This document shows positions 35,762 through 45,354 of a DNA stretch of 64,000 nt, piece by piece. The position numbers were made by a program, and so were the translations under genes. This DNA comes from an uncultured Thermoleophilia bacterium. GTDB taxonomy: Bacteria; Actinomycetota; Thermoleophilia; UBA2241. The stretch lies in contig CAVPCT010000003.1 in NCBI GenBank assembly GCA_963702475.1, forward strand, positions 704,001-768,000, written 5' to 3'. The notes beneath the pieces are model-generated. The model searched no databases, was not told the origin of the DNA, and saw only the letters and a program-made list of their open reading frames with translations. Every line of letters starts with the position of its first letter. Position 1 is the first letter of the stretch.

Positions 35762-36292
35762 GTGAGCGAGGTCCTCGTCTGCCCGTCCTGCCGGGCCGAG
35801 AACCCGCCGCGGGCGAAGTTCTGCATGGAGTGCGCCGCGCCGCTGGCCGCGCCGCGCCCCAGGCCGGCCGAGGAGCGCAAGGTCGTCAGCATCCTGTTCT
35901 GCGACCTCGTCGGCTTCACGGCCATGAGCGAGGCCGCCGACCCGGAGGACGTCGAGGCCGTGCTCGGTCGCTACCACGAGGTCGCGCGCCGCGAGATCGA
36001 GCACCACGGCGGCGTCGTGGAGAAGTACATCGGCGACGCCGTGGTAGGCGTCTTCGGGGTGCCGGCCGTGCACGAGGACGACCCCGAGCGCGCCGTGCGC
36101 GCCGGCCTGCGCGTCCTCCGGTCCTTGGCCGGCATCACGCGCCCGGACGGGACCCCGCTCGAGGCGCGCGTGGGCGTCAATACCGGCGAGGCCCTCGTGC
36201 GCCTGGACGTGGACCCGGCCTCGGGTCGCGGGTTCCTCACCGGCGACGCGGTGAACACCGCGGCGCGCCTGCAGGCGGCCGCTGCGCCGATG
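35762..36292 (+). repeat. 531-bp near-identical direct repeat (second copy 39151-39681)
   Basis: By eye the copies differ only at the start codon (GTG/ATG) and one synonymous GGG/GGC. Confidence 0.85.
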
Positions 36293-39154
36293 ACGGTCCT
36301 CATCGGTGAGGCAACGCGCGCCCTGACCGATGGCCAGTTCGTCCTCGAGGGCCCGGAAGAGATCGCGGTCAAGGGCAAGAGGGACCGGCTCACCGTGTGG
36401 CGCGCGCTCGCTCCCGTCTCCTTCGCCGGCACCCGAGTCAGCCCCGGCGCCCTCTCTCCCTTCACCGGGCGCGAGGAGGACGTGGCAACCCTGACGGCGC
36501 TGTTCGAATCGGCCTGTTCCTCCGGGACGCCGCGTTTCGTGTCGATCGTCGGCGAACCGGGCATCGGCAAGACGCGCCTTGTGCACGAACTGCTTGCCTA
36601 CGTCGACGCCCGCCCCGGGCTCACGACCTGGCGTCAGGGGCGATGCCCGCCGTATGGGGAGGGTGTCAGCTTCTGGGCGCTCGCCGAAATCGTTCGGGCG
36701 CAGTGCGGGATCGTGGAGGCCACCGATGTGGAGGCGGCTCGCGCGCGCCTCGAGGACGCGGTGGCCGAAGGGCCGGACCACGACTGGCTCGTCGAGCGCC
36801 TGGGAGCGCTTCTCGGTGTCCCGGCTCCCTCCGCGTCCTTACCGGAGAGCTTCGCGGCGTGGTCACGGTTCCTGGAGTCACTGGCTGTCTCGCACCCGGC
36901 GGTCGTGGTCGTCGAGGACCTCCACTGGGCCGACGAGGCTCTGCTGGAGTTCCTGGGGCACCTGCGGGCACGGGCGACCTCGGTACCGCTGGTCGTGGTC
37001 GCGACATCGCGTCCCGAGGCCTCTCGTCGCCGCCCGTCGATCGGCGCTGAGGACGGCGGCGTGGAAGTCCTGACGCTCCGACCTCTCAGCCACTCGCAGA
37101 CCGCGACGCTCATCGGCAGCATCGCGGCAGGGTCGGCGGCTGTGGGTGCCGCCACGGAGGACATCGTCGAGCGCTCCGGCGGCAACCCGCTGTTCGTCGA
37201 GGAGTGTGTGCGGCTGCTCAGCGCGACAGCGGACGTGTCCGCCGTGCCGGCGTCGCTCGGTGCCGTCATCGCTGCCAGGCTCGACAGGCTTGGTCGTGAC
37301 GAGAAGGCCCTGCTGGCCGACGCCGCGGTGGTCGGGACCGTCTTCTGGGACGGTGCGCTGCGGGCGCTGGGGTCCAGGGAGTCGGGCGAGACGGACCGAC
37401 TGCTCCGCGCGCTCATGGCGCAGCGACTCGTCCGCTGTTCGACGGTCTCGACGCTCCCGGGTGAGCGCGAGTTCGCGTTCGCGCACGCACTCACCCGTGA
37501 GGTCGCGTATCGGCAGCTGCCGCGCACCTCGCGAGCGCACAAGCATGCCGCCGTCGCGCGCTGGCTGGGCGCTGAGGTCGATGACCGGCGCGGTGAGCTC
37601 GCCGATGTGCTGGCGTATCACTACTCCACCGCTCTCGAGCTGGCCACGGCCGTGCGCGACCCCGGCACAGCCGGGGAACTCACGGATCCGGCCCGCCGTG
37701 CGCTCGTCGCGGCCGGCGATCGCGCCGCCGACATCGACCTGCAGGCGGCGCGCCGGCACTACGAAGCGGCTCTGGATCTGACGCCGGCCGACGACCCGGG
37801 ACGTGGAGATATCGAGTCGAAGCTCGGCGAGGCTCTGCTGTGGAGCGGGCAGGTCCGGGAGGCGGCGCAGCACCTGACGATGGCGGCCGATCTGCTGCGG
37901 GCTGCCGGAGATCGTCGGCGAGCGGCCATCGCACTCGCCAGGCTCGCTCGCGCGCAGCACACACTGTTGAGCGACTCACAGGAGCGCGAGCTCTACGAGG
38001 AGGCCGTCGAGCTTCTCGCAGACGATCCCTGCGACGAGCTCGTCACCGTCCTCACCGAGCTGGGCCGCCAGCTCGGCAACGTGGGGCACAGAGAGAGGTC
38101 TCTCGATCTCCTGCAGGGCGCTCTCGACGTCGCCGCGTCGCTGGGTCTGCCTGTCCCGCCCCTGGCCCTGAACCTCCGAGGGATCGAGCGGATGGAGATG
38201 GGCGACCCAGCCTGCTTGGACGACTTCCGGGAGTCGCTGCGGCTGGCCGAGGAGCAGGGGCTCGTCGTCGTGCGGGAGAGGGTGTGGGGCAACTACGCGA
38301 GTCTGCTGACCGTCACCGAGGGGCCGCGGCGCGCCTTGGAGGAGTACGAGAAGGAGTTCGCGTTCGGGGTGTCTCACGGTCTCGTCGAATCGGTGACGTT
38401 CGGCCGGGTGAACCGGCTCGACCCGCTCGTGGCGGGCGGGCACTGGGACGAGGCGCTGCGCGAAGCCGAAGTCCTCAGGCTCGACGACAGCGTGATCGAC
38501 AGGGAATGGACGCGCCTGATGGTCGTCATGCCCTTGGTTTGGCGTGGCGACCTCGACACCGCCTCGGAGATGCTCGCTCAGGTCGGGACGGCGGGATGCC
38601 GCTACCAGGACGACGTCGTCCTTGCGAAACTCGGCGCGGCCACTCTGGCCGCTGCAGCCGACCTCGGGAGAGCAGCGGCGCTCCTCTGGGAGTTGCTCGG
38701 CGCGCATCCTCCCGGAGAGGATGCCGGGGAGATAGACATCGCCTGGCTCTACTCGCTGGTGCCTGATGCCGGCCGCATGGCCGTCGCCGCCGGCGACGTC
38801 GCGCTCGCCGACGCGATCCGCCGCCGAGCCGGCGGGGAGTTCCGCGGGAACCAGCTTGCGACCGAGACCCTGGACGCCCAGGTGAGCGAAGCGGAGGGCG
38901 AGCTCGAGTCGGCGGCGGCCGGCTTCTCCGCGGCCGCCGCCGACTGGCACGACTTCGGCGTGCCCTACGAAGAGGGGCACGCCCACTTCGGTCGGGGGCG
39001 CTGCCTGATGGCGCTCGGACGAGCGCCTGAGGCGGCAGCGCCTCTGGCCGCGGCCCGCGAGCTCTTCGCGCGACTCGGGGCGAAGCCGGCGCTGGCGGAG
39101 ACGGAGGAGTGGCTCGTGCGGGCCCTTGGCGGACCGTCTGGGGCGACGGGATGA
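35762..39154 (+). CDS. Zn ribbon - class III adenylate/guanylate cyclase - AAA/STAND NTPase - TPR-like protein (copy 1)
   Basis: CPSC..CMEC; [29 protein letters not shown]; GEPGIGKT; EDLHWAD; GGNPLF. Confidence 0.9.
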   Translation: MSEVLVCPSCRAENPPRAKFCMECAAPLAAPRPRPAEERKVVSILFCDLVGFTAMSEAADPEDVEAVLGRYHEVARREIEHHGGVVEKYIGDAVVGVFGVPAVHEDDPERAVRAGLRVLRSLAGITRPDGTPLEARVGVNTGEALVRLDVDPASGRGFLTGDAVNTAARLQAAAAPMTVLIGEATRALTDGQFVLEGPEEIAVKGKRDRLTVWRALAPVSFAGTRVSPGALSPFTGREEDVATLTALFESACSSGTPRFVSIVGEPGIGKTRLVHELLAYVDARPGLTTWRQGRCPPYGEGVSFWALAEIVRAQCGIVEATDVEAARARLEDAVAEGPDHDWLVERLGALLGVPAPSASLPESFAAWSRFLESLAVSHPAVVVVEDLHWADEALLEFLGHLRARATSVPLVVVATSRPEASRRRPSIGAEDGGVEVLTLRPLSHSQTATLIGSIAAGSAAVGAATEDIVERSGGNPLFVEECVRLLSATADVSAVPASLGAVIAARLDRLGRDEKALLADAAVVGTVFWDGALRALGSRESGETDRLLRALMAQRLVRCSTVSTLPGEREFAFAHALTREVAYRQLPRTSRAHKHAAVARWLGAEVDDRRGELADVLAYHYSTALELATAVRDPGTAGELTDPARRALVAAGDRAADIDLQAARRHYEAALDLTPADDPGRGDIESKLGEALLWSGQVREAAQHLTMAADLLRAAGDRRRAAIALARLARAQHTLLSDSQERELYEEAVELLADDPCDELVTVLTELGRQLGNVGHRERSLDLLQGALDVAASLGLPVPPLALNLRGIERMEMGDPACLDDFRESLRLAEEQGLVVVRERVWGNYASLLTVTEGPRRALEEYEKEFAFGVSHGLVESVTFGRVNRLDPLVAGGHWDEALREAEVLRLDDSVIDREWTRLMVVMPLVWRGDLDTASEMLAQVGTAGCRYQDDVVLAKLGAATLAAAADLGRAAALLWELLGAHPPGEDAGEIDIAWLYSLVPDAGRMAVAAGDVALADAIRRRAGGEFRGNQLATETLDAQVSEAEGELESAAAGFSAAAADWHDFGVPYEEGHAHFGRGRCLMALGRAPEAAAPLAAARELFARLGAKPALAETEEWLVRALGGPSGATG

Positions 39155-42100
39155 GCGAGGTCCTCGTCTGCCCGTCCTGCCGGGCCGAGAACCCGCCGCG
39201 GGCGAAGTTCTGCATGGAGTGCGCCGCGCCGCTGGCCGCGCCGCGCCCCAGGCCGGCCGAGGAGCGCAAGGTCGTCAGCATCCTGTTCTGCGACCTCGTC
39301 GGCTTCACGGCCATGAGCGAGGCCGCCGACCCGGAGGACGTCGAGGCCGTGCTCGGTCGCTACCACGAGGTCGCGCGCCGCGAGATCGAGCACCACGGCG
39401 GCGTCGTGGAGAAGTACATCGGCGACGCCGTGGTAGGCGTCTTCGGGGTGCCGGCCGTGCACGAGGACGACCCCGAGCGCGCCGTGCGCGCCGGCCTGCG
39501 CGTCCTCCGGTCCTTGGCCGGCATCACGCGCCCGGACGGGACCCCGCTCGAGGCGCGCGTGGGCGTCAATACCGGCGAGGCCCTCGTGCGCCTGGACGTG
39601 GACCCGGCCTCGGGTCGCGGCTTCCTCACCGGCGACGCGGTGAACACCGCGGCGCGCCTGCAGGCGGCCGCTGCGCCGATGGGTGTCGCCGCCGGGGCGC
39701 TGACCCACGCCCTCACCGGCGCCGTCATCGTCTACGAGGCGCTCCCGCCTCTTACCGCGAAGGGCAAGGCGGAGCCGCTCGAGGCCTGGCGTGCGGTCGA
39801 GGCGCGCTCGCGCACGGGGCTGCGGACGGCGGGCTCCACGCGCGGTCCGTTCCTGGGCAGGGAGCGCGAGCTGCAGACGCTTCTCGCCACCGCGCACTCC
39901 ACCTGGGAGACCGGCCTCGATCACTTCGTCCTGGTGGTCGGGGAACCCGGCATGGGCAAGAGCAGGCTTGTCCTGGAGTTCTCACGCGCGGTGGAGGCGT
40001 CCACAGAGCTCATCACGTGGCGGCAGGGGCGGTGTCTCGCCTACGGGGACGGCATCGCGTTCTGGGCGCTCGGAGAGGTGGTCAAGGAGCACGCCGGCAT
40101 CCTCGACTCGGACGACGTTCTGACCGTCGAGGAGAAGCTGGAGCAAGTGCTACCCCTGGGTACCGACCGGGCCTGGCTGCGCCAGCGCTTGCGGCCCTTG
40201 CTGGGGCTCGAGGCGTCGCAAGCCGAGCGAGAGGAGAACTTCGCCGCCTGGACCCGGTACCTCGAGGTCATGGCCGCGGACAGGCCCATGGTCCTGGTGC
40301 TCGAGGACCTGCACTGGGCGGGTGAGGCGATGCTCGGCTTCGTCGAGCACCTCCTTGCCCAGGACCTCTACGTCCCCCTGCTCGTGGTGGTCACGACGAG
40401 GCCGGAGCTGCTGCACAGGCACGAAGGGGCCCTGTGCCACCTCGGCGAGGGAGCCGGCCGCAAGGTCAGGCTGGATGTGCCCGCCCTCACGGCCGAGTCG
40501 GCCCGGCTGCTCATGGCCGAGTTGCTGGATGCGCCGCCCTCACCCGGTCTCGAGCGCCTGACCCGGCTGGTAGGAGGCAACCCCCTGTACGCCGAGCAGT
40601 ACGTGCGTCTGCTGCTGGACGCAGGGCATGTGGTACGGACCCACGCCGGCGTCCGCGTGCGGGAGGATGCGGACATCCCGATGCCCGCGACGCTGCAAGC
40701 CGTCCTGGCGGCCCGTCTCGATGCCCTGCCCGGCGACCTCAAGTCGTTGCTCTGTGACGCCGCCGTGATCGGCGAGTCGTTCTGGCGTGGCGGCGTGGCG
40801 GAGCTGTCCGGGGGCAATCCGGAGCGGGTCGAAGAGGCGATGGCGGCACTCGCCGCCCGCGACCTGGTGCGGCCGGTCGTCGCACGCTCCATCGAGGGCG
40901 AGCCGGAGTACCTGTTCTGGCACGCCCTCGCCCGCGACGTCGCGTACAGCGAGCTCCCGAGGCGGCGGCGGGCCCACAAGCACGCCGCCGCCGCCCGGTG
41001 GCTGGAGGACCGGTCCGGCGCGCGTCGGGACGATTTCAGCGAGATCATCGTGCACCACTACGAGACGGCACTGGAGCTGGCCGAGGCGGCGCAGGACGCC
41101 GAGCTCGCCGCTTCTCTGGCGGCGCCGACTGCCCGCGCCCTCGTGCGGGCCGGCGAGCGCGCCCTGCGTCTCGACGTCGCAGCGGCGGAGCGCTACTGCG
41201 CGCGCGGCCTGGTGCTCGTGAGCCCGGACGCGCCCGAGCGGGCGCGCTTGACTCAGTACTGGGCTCAAGCGCTCTGGCTCCGCCGCCGCTACAGCGATGC
41301 AGCGGCTGCCTACCGCGAGGCGATCGCCGGGTACCGCGAGCAGGGGGAGATACGCGCCGCGGCGGTGGCCATGTGTCACCTGGTGAGCGTCCTCACGTGG
41401 ATGGGCGAACCCTGCTTCGACATCACTCGAGCCGCCGTGGAGCTGCTCGAGCACGATGGGCTGTCGGCGGAGAAGGCGGAGGTCCTGGGGCTGTACGCGC
41501 TCGGGCTGGTCCTGACGGACGCCGAGCCCGGCGATGTGATCGAGGCGGCGGACGGCGCGCTGGAGATCTGCGCCCGGCTGGGCCTCCCCGACCCCGCGAT
41601 GGCCCTGAGCTGCCGGGGTGGCGCCCGGCTGCAGCAAGGCGACATCGACGGCTTCGAGGATTGGCGGCGCGCCGTCGAGGCCGCGCGGGAGCAGGGGCTC
41701 GGCGTGGAGCGCACGACCATCGAGATGAACTCCGCAGACTTCACGTTCGTAGCGCGCGGCGCGCAGGCCCGTGTGGACGTCCTCGAGCAGGGCGTGGAGT
41801 TCGCCCGCCTGCACGGGCTGGAGTCGTACGTCCTGAGTTGTCGAGAGGCCTTTGTCGGAGCCTGGATGGGTTCCGGTGAGTGGGATCGGGCGCTTGGCGA
41901 GGCGGAGGAGCTCATCAGGGAGTTCGACGAGCACGAGGAGCTGTGGGATGCGGTGGTGGTGCGGGCTCTCTGGGCCGTGCTCGAGTCGCTCCGCGGGGCT
42001 TCGGCCGACGCATTGCCGTTCGTGCCCTGGATGCTGGAAAAGGGCCGGGAGAGCGAGATCGGCTGGACCCGGGCCTACGCCGTCTGGGCCGCCGCTGTGG

Positions 42101-42585
42101 TCTATCTGAGCCTGGGGCGCGACCGGGAAGGCCTGGAACTGCTGGCCGAGGCGCACTCCTCACCGCAGTCCGCCGCGGTCGACCCCGACGACCTGCCTCA
42201 GACGGCCAGGCTGGCGCTGGCTGCCGGCGACGCCGAACTGGCGCGCCGTCTGGTGGCCGGCATCGAGGCGCACCTGCCGGCGACGCTGCTGCCCCTGCAA
42301 GAGCACGTGATGGTCACCGTCCGCGCGCTGCTGGCCGAGGCGGACGGCGGGCTTGAGGCGGCGGCGGCCGGCTTCGCTGACGCCGCCCGCCGCTGGCACG
42401 ACTTCGGCGTGCCCTACGAAGAGGGGCACGCCCTGCTGGGTCGGGGGCGCTGCCTGGTGGCGCTCGGCAGAGCGCCCGAGGCAGCAGCGCCCCTCGCCGC
42501 GGCCCGGGAGATCTTCGCGCGGCTCGGGGCGAAGCCGGCGCTGGCGGAGACGGAGGAGTGGCTGGCGAGGGCCGCCGGCAGCTGA
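39151..42585 (+). CDS. Zn ribbon - class III cyclase - STAND NTPase - TPR-like protein (copy 2)
   Basis: Same motifs (GEPGMGKS, EDLHWAG, GGNPLY); ATGA overlap with the stop of copy 1. Confidence 0.9.
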   Translation: MSEVLVCPSCRAENPPRAKFCMECAAPLAAPRPRPAEERKVVSILFCDLVGFTAMSEAADPEDVEAVLGRYHEVARREIEHHGGVVEKYIGDAVVGVFGVPAVHEDDPERAVRAGLRVLRSLAGITRPDGTPLEARVGVNTGEALVRLDVDPASGRGFLTGDAVNTAARLQAAAAPMGVAAGALTHALTGAVIVYEALPPLTAKGKAEPLEAWRAVEARSRTGLRTAGSTRGPFLGRERELQTLLATAHSTWETGLDHFVLVVGEPGMGKSRLVLEFSRAVEASTELITWRQGRCLAYGDGIAFWALGEVVKEHAGILDSDDVLTVEEKLEQVLPLGTDRAWLRQRLRPLLGLEASQAEREENFAAWTRYLEVMAADRPMVLVLEDLHWAGEAMLGFVEHLLAQDLYVPLLVVVTTRPELLHRHEGALCHLGEGAGRKVRLDVPALTAESARLLMAELLDAPPSPGLERLTRLVGGNPLYAEQYVRLLLDAGHVVRTHAGVRVREDADIPMPATLQAVLAARLDALPGDLKSLLCDAAVIGESFWRGGVAELSGGNPERVEEAMAALAARDLVRPVVARSIEGEPEYLFWHALARDVAYSELPRRRRAHKHAAAARWLEDRSGARRDDFSEIIVHHYETALELAEAAQDAELAASLAAPTARALVRAGERALRLDVAAAERYCARGLVLVSPDAPERARLTQYWAQALWLRRRYSDAAAAYREAIAGYREQGEIRAAAVAMCHLVSVLTWMGEPCFDITRAAVELLEHDGLSAEKAEVLGLYALGLVLTDAEPGDVIEAADGALEICARLGLPDPAMALSCRGGARLQQGDIDGFEDWRRAVEAAREQGLGVERTTIEMNSADFTFVARGAQARVDVLEQGVEFARLHGLESYVLSCREAFVGAWMGSGEWDRALGEAEELIREFDEHEELWDAVVVRALWAVLESLRGASADALPFVPWMLEKGRESEIGWTRAYAVWAAAVVYLSLGRDREGLELLAEAHSSPQSAAVDPDDLPQTARLALAAGDAELARRLVAGIEAHLPATLLPLQEHVMVTVRALLAEADGGLEAAAAGFADAARRWHDFGVPYEEGHALLGRGRCLVALGRAPEAAAPLAAAREIFARLGAKPALAETEEWLARAAGS

Positions 42586-42621
42586 GGCCGGCAGCCGATC
42601 TCGGCGCCGCCCGGGCGCCGG

Positions 42622-42830
42622 TCAGGCCTGCTCCGCCGCCCCCATCCGCGCCCGCGCCGTGCTCTCCACCAGCGCCAGCGCCTCCGGCGAGCGCCTGAGG
42701 GCGACCGCCAGCAGCTCGGGCGTGAGCCCGAGCACGGTCCCGGCGGTCTCGGCCTGCACCTCGGCGTTGCGCAACGTGCCGTAGCCGGCGCCCCAGTCGA
42801 GCGCGGCCAGCTCGCCGACGAAAGACGGCA
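42622..42830 (-). pseudogene. C-terminal fragment of a cyclic-nucleotide-binding domain protein
   Basis: FVGELAALDWGAGYG..RNAEV.A resembles the cNMP phosphate-binding cassette; N-terminal part absent. Confidence 0.55.
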
Positions 42831-43186
42831 GACTCTCTGTGGAGCGGTCCAGCAGAAGAGTCACTATTCAAGATGACGCTTTCGGATGAGCCTTGACATT
42901 CGAAACGCGCCGCCAGTCGCAGTTCCCGGAGCTGCACGTCGCCGCTGCCGGCTCGCTCGGGTCGAACCGGCAGTGGTCCGTGGTCCGTCATGGATCGTCC
43001 GCGCCCACAGCCCCTGCCGCGAGATCCAGCATGATCGTCAGGGCCTCCCGCTCGGTCGCGGTGAGGGTCAGGCCGTTAGGCCTGCCGCCGTGGCGCTCGC
43101 TCGCTCCCGCCCAAGGGTCAGCGGACTCTCGTCGTCCGGCCGTGTGAGGCATAGAGTTGCGGTGCGTCCGGACCTGGAGGGGTCTG

Positions 43187-44842
43187 ATGGGAGCAGACGG
43201 CGAGAGTCGCCTGCGGGCGACGTTCGGGGTGTTCGGTACCGCGTTCCGCAACCGCTCGTTGCTGCTGGTGGAGCTGTCGTGGCTGGCGTTCAACAGCGCC
43301 GAGTGGGGCGTGTGGCTCGCGCTCATGGTGTGGGCCTACACGAGCGGCGGCGCGGCGGCCGCCAGCCTCATCGTGCTCGTCCAGCTGATCCCGTGCATCT
43401 TCATCTCGCCGTACCTCGGCGCGATCACGGACAGGGCCCGCGCCGGGCGGGTGCTCTTCCTCGGGCTCCTCATCATGGGCGGCACCATGGGGGCGCTCGG
43501 CGCGGCCATGGCCGCCGGAGCGCCGGACTGGCTCGTCTACGTCCTGGCGCCGATCATGAACCTCGCGCTCTCCGTCCCGCGGCCGGCGCAGGCGGCGCTG
43601 CTGCCCGGCGTGGTCCGCACGCCGCTCGAGCTGACGGCCGCCAACGTGGTGTCGAGCTGGATGGAGAACGTCAGCGTGCTCCTGGCGCCGGCGCTCACCG
43701 GCGTGCTGCTCGGAGTCGGGGGGCCGGCGCTCGCGGCCGGCGTGCTCGCCGCTTTCACGCTCGCCGGCGCCTTCATGGTCATCGGCGTGCCGGGGCCGAG
43801 GCCGATGACCGCGCGCGACACGACGGTCTCGCTCACGGCGGAGGTCAAGGAGAGCGTCGCCGCCGTGTGGAAGGTCCCCGCGGCCCGCACCCTCGTCGGC
43901 GTGGTGGGCTCGCAGTACATCCTGGTGGGGGCGCTCGATGTGCTGTACGTCGTGCTCGCCATCACGACGCTGGGCATGGGCGAGTCCTATGCCGGCTACT
44001 TCAACTCCGCGTTCGGCGCCGGCGGGCTCATCGGCGTGGCCCTGACGGCGGCCCTCGTGGCGCGCCGGCGCCTCGCGCCGGCCCTCATCGGCGGCATCGT
44101 CACCGCCGCGTTCGCGCTCGCCATCCTGGGCGTCTTCCCGAGCGTGGTCGGCGCCTTCGCCCTTCTGGCCATGGCCGGCCTGAGCCGGTCGGTGTTCGAC
44201 GTCACCGGCCGCATCCTGCTGCAGCGTGCGGCGCCGCCGCAGGTGCTCGGTCAGGTCTTCGCCCTGCTCGAGTCGCTCATGGATGCCGGCCTCGCCCTGG
44301 GCGCCATCTTCGTCCCCATCCTGGTGGGCCTCAGTGGCGCCCGTGCTGCACTCGTCGGTACGGCGCTGCTGCTGCTGGTCATTGTGGCGGTGGTCTGGCG
44401 GCGGCTGCGCAGCATCGACGACAGTGCCGACGTGCCGCAGGTCCAGATCCAACTGCTGCGGCTCAACCCGATCTTCGCGCCGCTGCCCGCGCCCGAGCTG
44501 GAGGGGCTGGCGCGGGCGCTCGTCCCTGTGGACGTCGCGGCCGGCGCCGTCGTCATCCGCGAGGGTGACGAGGGCGACTGTTTCTACGCCATCGCCGCCG
44601 GCGAGATGCAGGTGACGAAGAGAGGCCAAGAGGTCGCCGTACTGCGTCGCGGCGCCGGCTTCGGCGAGATCGCCCTCATCGAGGACGTGCCGCGCACCGC
44701 CACCGTCACCGCGCTCACCGACGCGCACCTGTTCTCGCTCGAGAAGGAGCCGTTCGTCCTCGCGCTCACCGGCCACGCCTCGGCCTCGCACGCCGCAGGT
44801 GACCTCGTGTCGAAGCGCCTCGGCGAGCTCGAGGTGCTCTGA
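43187..44842 (+). CDS. MFS transporter fused to a C-terminal cyclic-nucleotide-binding domain
   Basis: About 12 hydrophobic helices, then VIREGDEGDCFYAIAAG..GFGEIALIEDVPRTATV. Confidence 0.9.
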   Translation: MGADGESRLRATFGVFGTAFRNRSLLLVELSWLAFNSAEWGVWLALMVWAYTSGGAAAASLIVLVQLIPCIFISPYLGAITDRARAGRVLFLGLLIMGGTMGALGAAMAAGAPDWLVYVLAPIMNLALSVPRPAQAALLPGVVRTPLELTAANVVSSWMENVSVLLAPALTGVLLGVGGPALAAGVLAAFTLAGAFMVIGVPGPRPMTARDTTVSLTAEVKESVAAVWKVPAARTLVGVVGSQYILVGALDVLYVVLAITTLGMGESYAGYFNSAFGAGGLIGVALTAALVARRRLAPALIGGIVTAAFALAILGVFPSVVGAFALLAMAGLSRSVFDVTGRILLQRAAPPQVLGQVFALLESLMDAGLALGAIFVPILVGLSGARAALVGTALLLLVIVAVVWRRLRSIDDSADVPQVQIQLLRLNPIFAPLPAPELEGLARALVPVDVAAGAVVIREGDEGDCFYAIAAGEMQVTKRGQEVAVLRRGAGFGEIALIEDVPRTATVTALTDAHLFSLEKEPFVLALTGHASASHAAGDLVSKRLGELEVL

Positions 44843-45354
44843 GACCCAGAGCCCTGCGTCCGGGAGCGATGCCGAGAAGCGAGGCTCTCTCGATCCCGCA
44901 CGCGCGCGGCCGGACCTGTCCCCCGACTCGTCGGCGAGCTGGCCCTTGCCTGGGGCACCCCCGGCCGCAAGGTCATGCACTCTCGCTTCCTGAGTGTGCC
45001 GCCGCGCCGCTGACGAGCGCTGTGGGCTCCGGCCGGTCTGCCGCCGGGCCGTGACCAGGGGCCGGGCCGCCCGGTCGTACACCCGGCCGAAAGCCGCTCC
45101 ACGTTGGCCAGCACGCCGGGCTTGCCCGCTCCCTCGTGCCCGGCCTATGATTCGACTGCTGCACACATGACCGCAGCCGGGCGCCGTCTCCGCCCCCTGC
45201 ACCCAGGTCATGGACCCCCAGCGCGCGCATCCGCGCGTCCCCTGGGGGTCTTCGCGTTTTCCAGGGGGACTCTCACGACGCGCCGGTACCGCCGCTTCGC
45301 GGCCCCGCCGGCGCGCAGATACCGGCACGCACCGGTCCCGAAGGAGGGAACTGC

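Noticed and set aside
35762-39681. Diversity-generating retroelement TR/VR pair
   Set aside because: No reverse transcriptase in the window; the repeat is long, N-terminal and lacks a pattern of adenine-specific mismatches
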